Sequence record: LC373201.2
Reading direction: 5' to 3' (one strand)
Length of the DNA stretch: 64,000 nucleotides
From: Enterobacter phage EspM4VN
The notes below the pieces were generated by a model, which made no database searches, was not told where the DNA came from, and was given only the letters and a program-made list of their open reading frames with translations. The translations under genes and the position numbers were made by a program. Each line of letters opens with the position of its first letter. Within the stretch, counting starts at the first letter, position 1. Shown one piece after another: positions 9,276 through 19,096 of the stretch.

Positions 9276-11846
9276 ATGAATCCGCAATTTTCACAGCCGA
9301 AAGGCTCAGTTGGTAAAGAGACAAACAAGGACTCGATCGCCCGCAAGTTCGGGTGCAAGAAATCCGAGGTTCTCTACGCTAAACCAGGTTCCACCCTGAC
9401 TGGTTACAAGGTGATCTACGATAAGGTGTCTCAGCGCTCCTATGCACTGCCTTCTAACCTGCCTGCTGGCGCTACCATCACCAGCCTCACTGACGGCATT
9501 CTCGTACACAATACGGGCACTGTCGACTTGGGTGCACTGGCTGTGTTGCGTGGTGAGTTCGTTAATCTGGTCGAAAACTTCACAACCGGATTTACTTTGA
9601 AAGTGAAGAATGAACTGGTCAGCGACGGAGCGAACTTGTATCGTTGGGGTGGGAGTCTTCCTAAAACGGTCAGTGCTGGAACTAGCGTGGGTGCATCTGG
9701 TGGTGTCGGCTCATCTGCTTGGGTAAGACACAGCGAGTCGCTGGCAACGAATTTCACCCCGCGCCCGTACAAAGCACGAAATGACATTACATTCACAACT
9801 GGTGGTGTTGTCAACAAGGGTGAGGCGATCCTCTATGCAGACGATGGCTTGTATTATGCTTCACTTTCCACAAACCCGTATGTGACCGTGTCTACAGGAT
9901 TCACGCCAGACACTACGTGGATCTGTGTTGGCCTGCTGAACGAATACCCTCTGTGGGACAGCCGCGCATGGTATGCCCCATCCAGCACTCTAGACAACAC
10001 AAAGGCTGCGAAACAATTTTATCGCACGATGTCGCTTCTCGGGCTGGAAGCGCGATTTGTGGGTGACCTCCGTTTGTCTTCGCGAGTCACGGGGTACGCA
10101 CAACTCGATCTGTCGCAATGCCGTATCTACATAGACCCAAACAGTGATGACACTGTGTCTGGTGGTGGCGGCAAGGTGTTCTTGATTGAAGATCCCGACA
10201 CACAGGTTCTGACGGGGCAGAGCTTCGCCACTAGTAATATCGGCCAGGTCGCTCACGTTCAACTTAGTGGAGCGGCGTTCAGTAACAAAACCGTGGGCGT
10301 TGAGGGCGAAGGCACGAACAACCGCGCTTATCTCAGACAACCACAGAACACTTACATCCAGGCAAGTGATCTTTTTGTGATGGACGGCGGCACCACAGGC
10401 CTCCACCCAGATACTCCTGCGTTGTTCAAGTTCAACGACACCGCCAAGTTCATCATCAGACCACAACGTCCTGGTATGGTAATCAAAGGTGGCGAATTCA
10501 TCCTGGAAGCGCCTTTGTCTGGTGGTCGCAGTCTGAGAACCTGTATCGCAATCGAAAGAAACAACACATGCCTGGTTGGTGGTTATTTCAATGCCCAACA
10601 CGATGACGTCGTTGCAGAATCGTATGTTCAGTTTAGTTGGGTTTCCGACATCATGGTTATTGGTGTGTCGATGCCGAACAACGTGGCTTCTTCAAACTAT
10701 ATGATTTTAGCCCAGGGTACGAACAGACTGCGGGTTCAACATTGTCACGCCGCCGCAGGCTGGGCGCTGACTGATGGTAATTTCATGCGCAATACTGTGG
10801 TGGAAGACAGTTCTGGTGCGACTATCGGTTGTCACGCAATGGCCTGGAACTTTACAGTTCAACGCTGTACGCTCATGCCTGTTCTGGTTGGTGGAAATTA
10901 CCAGGGTGGTATCTCCCTGACGGGCGGTGGCCTGCTGAAGGTGAGAGATATCACTTACACCTACATGGGCGGTCCACGCAGATTAGACCATCCTGTATCC
11001 ACCCGTGGTGATTATGGCCAGTCTTGGGAAGGTGTGATCGATGTATCGCGTGTTCACCTGCGTTATGGCGCTGCTGCTCCGTCTGGGCAAGGGTGTTCTA
11101 TCGTATATTGTGAAGGTGCATACAACGGCGCTATAGACCTGACGCGCACCTGCTACCTCGGCGGTAAAGAGATCAACGTTCGCAATGTCCGTGTTGAAGT
11201 GTTGAACGCATCTTGGGGAGCAACAGAGGTTGTTCTGAGCCCTGCTTGGTTTGAGACTCAGTTCAGCCAGACTGTGAAATATCCCGAGACGTATCTTGTT
11301 GACAACTTTGTTGTTGAAGGTGTTGGCAACAACTTCTCCTTCGATCCGCGCTTCCCAGCTCTGGTGAGCAATACCAATGCTGTTGTCAGTACCTGCGTGG
11401 CTAATTTCAATAATGTGCAATGGCCTTCTACCAGCGCGGCCTTTATCGGCGCGGCAGCGAGTACGACATATCGCGTGACGTTGCTCCTCACTATCGAGAA
11501 CGCGAGAAGTTCATTATCTTTGAACTTGTTGGCTCTTCCTGCTGGTAGCAAGGCGACCATTCGTAAATGCATCATCGGGAACTTGGTTCTCGGGAATGCC
11601 AACAGTGCTGGCGAGTATTACCTGGAACGCAATACGGTCACAGGAACAAACTTCGGTGGCTCGCCTGCTGGCTCTGACAAGGCGTACTATTACCAGAACC
11701 ACATCACCACAGTCAATGCTGTGGCAGTGGGTACTGTGGCGAAGTACTGCCACGGAAACACGGTCGTCACCGGAGGCAGTATCACGGGAAGAACTCTCGA
11801 CGAATGGTACTCCTACCGAGACACTTCAGTCTTCCGCACAACGTAA
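9276..11846 (+). CDS. tailspike protein with Ackermannviridae-type N-terminal anchor domain (TSP4/TSP2-like)
   Basis: 856 aa. The N-terminus reads MNPQFSQPKGS ... GYKVIYDKVSQRSYALP ... VDLGALAVLRGEFV ... YRWGGSLPKTVSAGTS ... GGVGSSAW. This matches the conserved head-proximal region of ViI/CBA120-like tailspikes as I recall it. Confidence 0.7.
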   Translation: MNPQFSQPKGSVGKETNKDSIARKFGCKKSEVLYAKPGSTLTGYKVIYDKVSQRSYALPSNLPAGATITSLTDGILVHNTGTVDLGALAVLRGEFVNLVENFTTGFTLKVKNELVSDGANLYRWGGSLPKTVSAGTSVGASGGVGSSAWVRHSESLATNFTPRPYKARNDITFTTGGVVNKGEAILYADDGLYYASLSTNPYVTVSTGFTPDTTWICVGLLNEYPLWDSRAWYAPSSTLDNTKAAKQFYRTMSLLGLEARFVGDLRLSSRVTGYAQLDLSQCRIYIDPNSDDTVSGGGGKVFLIEDPDTQVLTGQSFATSNIGQVAHVQLSGAAFSNKTVGVEGEGTNNRAYLRQPQNTYIQASDLFVMDGGTTGLHPDTPALFKFNDTAKFIIRPQRPGMVIKGGEFILEAPLSGGRSLRTCIAIERNNTCLVGGYFNAQHDDVVAESYVQFSWVSDIMVIGVSMPNNVASSNYMILAQGTNRLRVQHCHAAAGWALTDGNFMRNTVVEDSSGATIGCHAMAWNFTVQRCTLMPVLVGGNYQGGISLTGGGLLKVRDITYTYMGGPRRLDHPVSTRGDYGQSWEGVIDVSRVHLRYGAAAPSGQGCSIVYCEGAYNGAIDLTRTCYLGGKEINVRNVRVEVLNASWGATEVVLSPAWFETQFSQTVKYPETYLVDNFVVEGVGNNFSFDPRFPALVSNTNAVVSTCVANFNNVQWPSTSAAFIGAAASTTYRVTLLLTIENARSSLSLNLLALPAGSKATIRKCIIGNLVLGNANSAGEYYLERNTVTGTNFGGSPAGSDKAYYYQNHITTVNAVAVGTVAKYCHGNTVVTGGSITGRTLDEWYSYRDTSVFRTT

Positions 11847-11851
11847 TGCTC

Positions 11852-11880
11852 AAGCCCTCTTCGGAGGGCTTATTTCTTTC
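11852..11880 (+). terminator. intrinsic terminator (AAGCCCTC-TTCG-GAGGGCTT followed by a T-run)
   Basis: GC stem with a TTCG loop and then TATTTCTTTC. Confidence 0.65.
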
Positions 11881-11901
11881 TATTCCTCGGTTGGCTGTAT
11901 A

Positions 11902-11909
11902 CTAAATAT
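11902..11909 (+). promoter_or_regulatory. late promoter variant CTAAATAT upstream of the 1586-aa structural gene
   Basis: The sequence gtatACTAAATATctctataatgg lies about 35 nt before ATG 11943. Confidence 0.45.
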
Positions 11910-11942
11910 CTCTATAATGGCACCTATCGATGGAGCATCAAA

Positions 11943-14900
11943 ATGCAAGAAATGAACCTCAACCGCCGCCCGTACTGGGATGACTGGAATCCAGAGAAGC
12001 GTTTTTCACGCATCCTGTTCCGTCCGGCTCCTATCAAAGTTCAGACGCGTGAACTGAACCAGATGCAGACCATCTTCCAAGATCAGCTGGAGAAACTTGG
12101 CAATCATCTCTTCAAAGATGGTTCCATGGTTATCCCAGGCGGCCTGACGATCACCAACACCGCAGTGTCTATGAAGTTCACTCTGGCTGGTGGTAGCGAG
12201 TTCACTGATCTGGAAGGTATCTCCGAACTCTATGTTCTGGGCAAGGACAACAATGCGAAAGCCCGTGTCCTGTCTCTGGAACGTTACCTGGCCGAGCCGG
12301 ACACAATGTACGCCATCTTGGAGATGACCGAGAGCGGCAGTTCAGACGGTTTCGAAGCTGGTGATGACCTGTACTTCAACACCTACGACGTGAATGATAA
12401 CTTCATTCGTGTTGGTTACGGTGTTGCTGCAACAGTCGGGGGTTCTATCGTTGCCCGTATGACCAAGGGCGTTTATTTCGTCCGTGGGATGTTCCTTGAT
12501 GTTGAGGCCGCCACCCTGATCGTCGACAACGCATCCAACTCCACTTCACACCGCGTTGGGTTCAAGGTGACAGAGACCATCGTCACCGAAGACGATGACG
12601 AAAGTTTGTTCTCCAATGCTCAGGGAACTCCTAACTCCAAAGCCCCTGGTGCGCACCGCTTCCGTGTCGACCTCGTGCTGTCTCGCTTCGGTTATGATGA
12701 AGAAGTGGCTGACTTCGTTGAACTGGCGAAGGTGAAGGACGGTCGCATTCAGTCTATGGTGACCCAGTCCACCTATAACATCCTCGAAGACACCATGGCT
12801 CAGCGAACCTATGAGACCAACGGTGACTACAACGTGTCTACGCACCAGATCGACCTGCGTGAACACCTGAAAGAGAACAACAACGGCGGCGTTTACACCC
12901 CTGCAGAAGGTGGTGATGAAAGCAAATTCGTGGCGGTTATGAAGCCAGGGATCTCCTATGTTCGCGGTCGCCGTATCGAAAACCTTGGTGAAGAACTGGT
13001 CACCATTGACAAGGCGCGTGACACCGATGTCTTGAACAACAACCCGGTGGCTGTTGCAACTGGCAACTACCTTGTGTCCAAGAACTCCAAGGGTGTCCCA
13101 GTCATATCGCGCACGATTCGTTACAAGTTCCTGAACGCATCAAGTGTAACCCAAGCCACCGCACTGCTGATTTCGGCAGAACGTTCCGGCTCTGAATTCC
13201 GCCTGTATATGCGCGACCTCGTTGTCACTGGGGACATGGGTACTGTCACCAAAGTTGCATACGAAGAAAGCGGTACAACAATGTTCTCCTGCGAACTGGA
13301 GTCCAATCAGTTCAGCCAGAGTTCAGCGATTGACCTGATCTTCCCTCTGCCTGTGTTTGGTGTGAAGACCCTGGCTCCTACAGGGACCATTGACATCAAC
13401 TACACTGTCCTGCGGTCAAACAAGATCACGTTGAACGCCGCTGGCGCAGGCTCAATCTCTGCTCCTCTGGGGTACAGCTTCAGTCCTGAATTCTCTTTGT
13501 ATTCGGCGGCGAAAGCAGATGGCACTGCGGCACAATTCGACGTTACTTCTGGTCTGTCCCTGACAGGTACGCCAGTGGGTTCTGCTCTCCAGATCTCGTT
13601 GGGCGCTGGCTATGCCAACCAATCCATCAACCTGCTGGCTCTGATGGTGCGCACAACGGCAACGATCAAAACCAAGACAGTTACTGAAGTCACGGAGACT
13701 GTAACGTTTACGACAGCGGCGAGTGTACCTCTTGCCAACCATGACGGATACAAGCTAGTGAGTGTGAAGAACGCAAGTGGCGCTGACGTCACCTCGAACT
13801 TCACTCTGGATGGCGGCCAGCGTGATGCTGCATACTATCGTTCTAACCTGTTATCGGGCACTGGAGCCATTTCAGGGACGTTCACGGTGGTGTATCAGTA
13901 TTTCGCTCACAGCTCTGGTGACTTCTTCACAGCGGATTCCTATTCTTCCATCGATTACCCAGACATCCCGAACTATGTTTCATCCAGTTCCGGTACTGTG
14001 TATGGTCTGGCAGACAGCCTGGACTTCCGTCCTAAGATCACCAGCGGTGCTTCCGACACTGACATGGTTCGCCCGAACACTGCTATCGTCCTCGATGCGG
14101 AGTACTATCTGCCTCGTATTGATGCCGTGTATCTGGCCGACAACGGCGTGTTCAACGTGGCTCGTGGTGTGAGTTCCAATAACCTGGCTTCGCCTGCGAT
14201 CCCAGACAACGGCATGCGTCTGTACGAACTGATGATCCCGCCTTACACGGCCAATATCGACGATATCCAGATCCGTACTATCGACAACCGCCGTTACACG
14301 ATGCGTGATATCGGTAAACTGGAGACCCGTATCTCTAACGTTGAATACTACACCTCACTGTCACAGCTGGAATCTTCAGCGATGACACAACAGGTGTTCG
14401 ATCCAATCACTGGCAACCCGCGCTTCAAAAACGGTATTGCAGCAGACCCATTCAAAGACTTCCGTCTGATCGACGATTTGTCTTCAGACTGGATGGGATC
14501 TATCGATACTGACAATGGTCGCCTGCGCCCGTTTGTTCAGCAGAACGCGATTGACCTGACGCCAGTCGGCTGGAACAACGTTCAGGATGGCATGGTTGTG
14601 TGCAACTACACCCGTGAGATCTCTGTACGTCAGGACTATGCGACCACGACCATCAACGTGAACCCGTATGCAGTGTTCAACTGGGAAGGTTTCCTGAAAC
14701 TGAACCCGACTACTGACTACTGGTTTGAGAACTACTATGTTGCTCCACGTGTGATCAACGAAACGATCAACACCCGTGGCGCGATCAAAGAGGGTTCTGT
14801 GTATGGCACATGGCGTACTGTGTCTGTGTCTGAGCGTGTGTGGGAACCGCATGGTGCAGGCGGTGTGTGGTGGGGCTACCGCTACCGCACGACTGTGTCC

Positions 14901-16703
14901 ACTCGTGACGTCACCACGTACACGTACACCGACAAGACGACGACTACCCTGACTGGTGAGCAGATCGTTGAAACGCAGGTTATCCCATACATGCGCAAAA
15001 CGAACATCAACTTTGAAGCCACAGGCCTGCGTCCGTTTACTCGCGTGTATCCGTTCTTCTCCGGTCGCGATGTCAGCCCGTACTGTACTCCAAACGGCGG
15101 GGCACTGGGCGGCGCGTTGAATACTGACGCCAACGGTAACATCAAAGGTGTGTTTGCAGTTCCTCAGAACGAGACTATCAAGTTCAACACGGGCGACAAC
15201 GTCTTCCGTCTGACCGACAGTCCTGTGGACAGCAAGTCTGCTGATGATACCCTGACCAATGCCGAGGCCGTTCACAAATCCTTCGGTAAGAAACAAGGCA
15301 TTCAGAAGACCTATGTCAACACTCGTGTGCTGGGCTACACTGCGACCAAGTCTACAGAGAACAAGACCGAGACGGTTGAAGTTGCGAAGTGGAAAGACCC
15401 GATTGCTCAATCCTTCATGGTTGCTACCAACATCGGCGGCGAATACATTGAAGGTATTGAAGTGTTCTTCTCCACCAAGTCCCGCGATATCCCGATCACT
15501 CTGGAAATCCGTGAGATGAGCAATGGTCTGCCAGCGACGACTGTGGTCACTCGTAAGACTTTGAACCCATCAGAAGTTTCCGTCTCTACAGACTCTTCTG
15601 TACCAACGATGTTCAAGTTTGATTATCCTGTGTATCTGCAGGCACAGACTGAGTTCGCGATCGTACTCCTGGCCAACACCCAAGATTACAATGCGTACAT
15701 CGCGGAGATGGGTAAGAAGAACTTGCTGACCAACGAGTTCATTGCCAAGCAGCCGTACACTGGCGTGTTCTTCACATCTTCAAACGGTACGACCTGGACT
15801 CCGAACCAGACTGCGGATATGAAGTTCCGTGTATATCGCTGCAACTTCGGTGCTGGTGATAACATCGTGACCTTCGATGCCAAAGTCGGTCCGAAGACTC
15901 GTCCTCTGGGTCTTAATGCTGTGAATTGCGTCAATGGTTCTTCAACTGTTACTGTGTACGCTCCAGGGCATGGCCTGACTGCGGGTGAAAGCGTGACATT
16001 GTCCGACCTGACGGGCGGCTGCGGGTTTACTCCAGAGCAGCTGAACATCCAGCATACTGTGACAGACGCGACGTTCACGACGTTCAAAGTGGTGCTGAGT
16101 TCTAGCGCAGACTCTGACGGCCAGATCGGCGGTGAGACGGCTTCTTTCTTGGGCAACTACTTGGTTGACATGTTCTATGCAAGTGTGACCAATTCAGCTC
16201 TGGAAGGTTCTGTGTTGAAACTGGAATACCGCTACCGCGATGCGACCTCCAACTCATTCTCTGATTGGGCTGAGTTCGAATCCGATACGGACGTACCGCT
16301 GCCGACGGAAGGCATCTATCGTCAGGTGGGTGATTTCCAGGTGCGGGCAACCATGACTCGCAACGAAAGCAACGTGTACACGGCTCCGATGATCGACGGT
16401 GATGACTTCACTATCATCTTCAACACCTACGGTGTGGATCCGTTCGAAGACGTGTTCAGCTACGTGACCAAGGATATCGGCTTCGATAACCCTTGCACCA
16501 CACTGAAGCAGTACTTCGGCGCGATGCTGCCTTCTCAGTCTTCAATGACTGTGCAGGTCAAACTGTTGCGTGCAGGTCAGGAGATGGACAATGTAGCATG
16601 GGAAACCGTGACACCGACGTCCCTCTGGTTAACGACGGTTCGACGTTCTTTGAATACGAATATGACAAGACCGTGGACAGCACCAACCCGTTTGTTGGCC
16701 TGA
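11943..16703 (+). CDS. very large virion structural protein (baseplate/tail-fibre-associated; function not assignable from sequence)
   Basis: 1586 aa. It carries a late promoter, sits between the tailspike cluster and the neck genes, and has no recognisable enzymatic motifs. Confidence 0.5.
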   Translation: MQEMNLNRRPYWDDWNPEKRFSRILFRPAPIKVQTRELNQMQTIFQDQLEKLGNHLFKDGSMVIPGGLTITNTAVSMKFTLAGGSEFTDLEGISELYVLGKDNNAKARVLSLERYLAEPDTMYAILEMTESGSSDGFEAGDDLYFNTYDVNDNFIRVGYGVAATVGGSIVARMTKGVYFVRGMFLDVEAATLIVDNASNSTSHRVGFKVTETIVTEDDDESLFSNAQGTPNSKAPGAHRFRVDLVLSRFGYDEEVADFVELAKVKDGRIQSMVTQSTYNILEDTMAQRTYETNGDYNVSTHQIDLREHLKENNNGGVYTPAEGGDESKFVAVMKPGISYVRGRRIENLGEELVTIDKARDTDVLNNNPVAVATGNYLVSKNSKGVPVISRTIRYKFLNASSVTQATALLISAERSGSEFRLYMRDLVVTGDMGTVTKVAYEESGTTMFSCELESNQFSQSSAIDLIFPLPVFGVKTLAPTGTIDINYTVLRSNKITLNAAGAGSISAPLGYSFSPEFSLYSAAKADGTAAQFDVTSGLSLTGTPVGSALQISLGAGYANQSINLLALMVRTTATIKTKTVTEVTETVTFTTAASVPLANHDGYKLVSVKNASGADVTSNFTLDGGQRDAAYYRSNLLSGTGAISGTFTVVYQYFAHSSGDFFTADSYSSIDYPDIPNYVSSSSGTVYGLADSLDFRPKITSGASDTDMVRPNTAIVLDAEYYLPRIDAVYLADNGVFNVARGVSSNNLASPAIPDNGMRLYELMIPPYTANIDDIQIRTIDNRRYTMRDIGKLETRISNVEYYTSLSQLESSAMTQQVFDPITGNPRFKNGIAADPFKDFRLIDDLSSDWMGSIDTDNGRLRPFVQQNAIDLTPVGWNNVQDGMVVCNYTREISVRQDYATTTINVNPYAVFNWEGFLKLNPTTDYWFENYYVAPRVINETINTRGAIKEGSVYGTWRTVSVSERVWEPHGAGGVWWGYRYRTTVSTRDVTTYTYTDKTTTTLTGEQIVETQVIPYMRKTNINFEATGLRPFTRVYPFFSGRDVSPYCTPNGGALGGALNTDANGNIKGVFAVPQNETIKFNTGDNVFRLTDSPVDSKSADDTLTNAEAVHKSFGKKQGIQKTYVNTRVLGYTATKSTENKTETVEVAKWKDPIAQSFMVATNIGGEYIEGIEVFFSTKSRDIPITLEIREMSNGLPATTVVTRKTLNPSEVSVSTDSSVPTMFKFDYPVYLQAQTEFAIVLLANTQDYNAYIAEMGKKNLLTNEFIAKQPYTGVFFTSSNGTTWTPNQTADMKFRVYRCNFGAGDNIVTFDAKVGPKTRPLGLNAVNCVNGSSTVTVYAPGHGLTAGESVTLSDLTGGCGFTPEQLNIQHTVTDATFTTFKVVLSSSADSDGQIGGETASFLGNYLVDMFYASVTNSALEGSVLKLEYRYRDATSNSFSDWAEFESDTDVPLPTEGIYRQVGDFQVRATMTRNESNVYTAPMIDGDDFTIIFNTYGVDPFEDVFSYVTKDIGFDNPCTTLKQYFGAMLPSQSSMTVQVKLLRAGQEMDNVAWETVTPTSLWLTTVRRSLNTNMTRPWTAPTRLLA

Positions 16704-16792
16704 AGATCCGCCTGCTGGTGAGAGGCAACCGTACAGCGCCGCCATCATTCAAAGATTTCCGTTTGATTGCTCTGGCATAAGTAGTATTACCA

Positions 16793-16811
16793 AGGCGGGG
16801 GCAACCCCGCC
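16793..16811 (+). other. GC hairpin AAGGCGGGGG-CAA-CCCCGCC (member of a recurring GGCGGGG/CCCCGCC hairpin family; no U-run)
   Basis: Inverted repeat seen directly. Similar hairpins occur at 18147, 40722 and 53711. Confidence 0.4.
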
Positions 16812-16831
16812 CAACAACAGAGGATATTATC

Positions 16832-17083
16832 ATGCGTGGTGTAAAAGTACAGGGGCATGCATCGATGATGAGAAGTAGCTCTTGCCCTGGGGCTATCATC
16901 TGCACCGACAGTGCTGCTGGTTTAGCGGCTCTGAACGCCCGTCGTAATCAGGAAGAAAAGGACAGGACTATTGCAGCGCAGGCAGCGCAAATCGATCAAC
17001 TGACAGCGACGGTACAACTCATGGCGGAGCACCTCGGGATCGAAATCCCTACAGGAGGCCAAGATGACAACGTCGACGAATAA
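16832..17083 (+). CDS. hypothetical protein (83 aa)
   Basis: AGAGGA RBS 8 nt upstream of the ATG. The ORF overlaps the next gene by 20 nt. Confidence 0.4.
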   Translation: MRGVKVQGHASMMRSSSCPGAIICTDSAAGLAALNARRNQEEKDRTIAAQAAQIDQLTATVQLMAEHLGIEIPTGGQDDNVDE

Positions 17084-17402
17084 TATCATTGATGTGAAAG
17101 CCATCCTCACAGGAGTGCTGACAGCAGCGATAGTCTCTGTCGGCTCTGTTGTTTGGATGATGGGCAAATTTGAGAACCGTCTTGATGTGGTTGAGCGTGA
17201 CTCCAACAAGGTCGACCAAATCCTCACCAAGGTGAACGATATGAGTGAGAAGATTGCCGTGTTGAACACAGACGTCAACTACGTCAAGCAGAACGTTGCT
17301 GAGCTAAAACTCAATAGCAGCAGTCTGTCCGACGACGTTCGCACCCTGCGTATCACCGTCGCCGATCTCCAGAGCAACAAGGGGAACGTCAATGGCCGTT
17401 AA
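17064..17402 (+). CDS. N-terminally membrane-anchored coiled-coil protein (112 aa)
   Basis: GGAGG RBS. A hydrophobic segment (AILTGVLTAAIVSVGSVVWMM) is followed by a heptad-like coiled coil. It resembles an i-spanin or a whisker-type protein in form only. Confidence 0.4.
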   Translation: MTTSTNNIIDVKAILTGVLTAAIVSVGSVVWMMGKFENRLDVVERDSNKVDQILTKVNDMSEKIAVLNTDVNYVKQNVAELKLNSSSLSDDVRTLRITVADLQSNKGNVNGR

Positions 17403-18144
17403 TTCTATTGTCGACCGCAAAGGCTTTATGAATTATATCCTCAAGAAATTGGGGGCACCTGTAATTCAGATCAACCTTGACCCAACACAGGTATCGGATG
17501 CTGTGGACGACGCTCTACAGAAGTTCTGGGAGTATCATCGTGATGGCAGCCAAGACGCATTCTTTGTTCACCAGGTGACCGAAGAAACTATCACCAATGG
17601 TTACATCGAATTCCCCAAAGACATCGACGACGTGGTTGAAGTCATCGTCGGACCTCCGATTGAATCGATCGGTAACTGGGCAACCCCTCAATGGCAAATG
17701 GCCCAGGCCATGTTGGTTCCAAAGGCCGCCCTCGTGTCCATCCGTCTGATTGACTACGTGTCTATGCAGCAGCGCCTGTCTGACATCACCAGTGTACTGA
17801 ACGTGAAGCGCACCTTCGTGTACAAGAAATTCCAGCGTAAACTCTACCCACAATTCGCCCTGACAAAGGACGAGGCTTTGGCGTTCAAATGTTATCAGAA
17901 CATCGATCCAGAGGTAGAAGGGAACGAAGAAGCGTGGAATGACATGTGGCTGAAGGCATATGCGACTGCGTTGGTCAAGCGCCGCTGGGCTGAAGTGCTC
18001 AAGAAGGCAAGAGGCATCCGTCTCCCAGGCGGTATCGAGCTGGATGGTGATACTATGTTCAGTGAAGCCGAAAGCGAGATTGAGCGTTTAGAGGAAGAAC
18101 TGCGTACTGGTCAGCAGTACCCGATTGACTTCTTTATGGGATAA
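17392..18144 (+). CDS. gp13: neck protein, T4 gp13 homologue
   Basis: LKKLGAPVIQINLDPTQVSDAVDDALQKFWEYHRDG aligns with T4 gp13 [36 protein letters not shown]. The C-terminal LPGGIELDG ... EELR also matches gp13. Confidence 0.75.
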   Translation: MAVNSIVDRKGFMNYILKKLGAPVIQINLDPTQVSDAVDDALQKFWEYHRDGSQDAFFVHQVTEETITNGYIEFPKDIDDVVEVIVGPPIESIGNWATPQWQMAQAMLVPKAALVSIRLIDYVSMQQRLSDITSVLNVKRTFVYKKFQRKLYPQFALTKDEALAFKCYQNIDPEVEGNEEAWNDMWLKAYATALVKRRWAEVLKKARGIRLPGGIELDGDTMFSEAESEIERLEEELRTGQQYPIDFFMG

Positions 18145-18146
18145 GG

Positions 18147-18175
18147 AAAGGCGGGATTACCCGCCCTTCTTTTAG
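18147..18175. terminator. bidirectional terminator hairpin (AAAGGCGGG-ATTAC-CCGCCCTT followed by CTTTT) between convergent genes
   Basis: The hairpin sits between the gp13 stop (18144) and the 3' end of the minus-strand ORF (18172). Confidence 0.55.
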
Positions 18176-18384
18176 ATTTTCAAATCCAGATTTCCATTAC
18201 CGCTACCACGCAGCAGGCCGTCTTCGGTCTTGTCGTTGGAGTTCCACCACTCAATGAAGTCTGTGCCATCCACTTCCTTCACCAGACCGACAATGTCGTA
18301 ATCACCGCCTCCAATCTTGGCGTCCACACAGATGATTCGGACGCGACGACCGCTTCGAACTTCTTTGATGTCTTCCACTTGCAT
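18172..18384 (-). CDS. hypothetical 70-aa protein on the opposite strand inside the neck gene block
   Basis: GAGGAA RBS upstream of the minus-strand ATG at 18384. The ORF is convergent with gp13. Confidence 0.4.
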   Translation of the reverse strand: MQVEDIKEVRSGRRVRIICVDAKIGGGDYDIVGLVKEVDGTDFIEWWNSNDKTEDGLLRGSGNGNLDLKI

Positions 18385-18413
18385 GAGCTATTCCTCAAAA
18401 GAATAAACTTCGA

Positions 18414-18421
18414 CTAAATAC
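18414..18421 (+). promoter_or_regulatory. late promoter variant CTAAATAC with inverted repeat AATACCTTCAA / TTGAGGGTATT
   Basis: The sequence cgaCTAAATACcttcaaaattgagggtattgatATG lies immediately upstream of the gp14-like gene. Confidence 0.5.
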
Positions 18422-18443
18422 CTTCAAAATTGAGGGTATTGAT

Positions 18444-19094
18444 ATGGCCACTTCAAAATATTTCAACTACACCGGACACAACGGCACACAGAAGCTGATT
18501 GATGACCTCGTGCAGGAAATGATCGAGTTGCGTGGGATAGACGTCAAGTATATACCACGTTCCATCGTTGAAAAATTTCCCATCACCAACGATGCTAACC
18601 ATCGATTCGACCAAGCGTTCGACATCGAAGTTTACATGCAGGATTACCAGGGCTTCAACACCCAGATGTGGGAGAAGTTCGGGGGCATTAGTCTACAGGA
18701 TGAGGTGACGTTCACCATATCCCGTCGTCGTTTTTCTGAAGTAATCGCCAATGGTGTTGGCCTGGAGCAACAGCCTCAGGAAGGTGACCTGATCTATCTA
18801 CCATTGGCGAACAAGATCTTCAAGGTCAACAACCCGAACAACGATGAAGACTTCATGCAATTTGGCAAATGGTATACGTTCTCTCTGCCATGCACGTTGT
18901 TCCAGTACGGCAACGAAAACTTCGACACAGGCGTTCCAGAGATCGACGATATCGACAAGCGCCTGTCCATCTTGGACGAAGAGAACGAACCGGATGTGTA
19001 CAAAGATTCTTCTCTGCAGACCGACAATGCTCTGGCGGATGTGCTTGAGCAGGGGCTTGCAGTAGACAAGATGAAGATCGACTTTGGAGAATAA
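18444..19094 (+). CDS. neck protein (T4 gp14 position; assigned by synteny)
   Basis: 216 aa, encoded between the gp13 and gp15 homologues and preceded by a late promoter. Confidence 0.5.
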   Translation: MATSKYFNYTGHNGTQKLIDDLVQEMIELRGIDVKYIPRSIVEKFPITNDANHRFDQAFDIEVYMQDYQGFNTQMWEKFGGISLQDEVTFTISRRRFSEVIANGVGLEQQPQEGDLIYLPLANKIFKVNNPNNDEDFMQFGKWYTFSLPCTLFQYGNENFDTGVPEIDDIDKRLSILDEENEPDVYKDSSLQTDNALADVLEQGLAVDKMKIDFGE

Positions 19095-19096
19095 TC

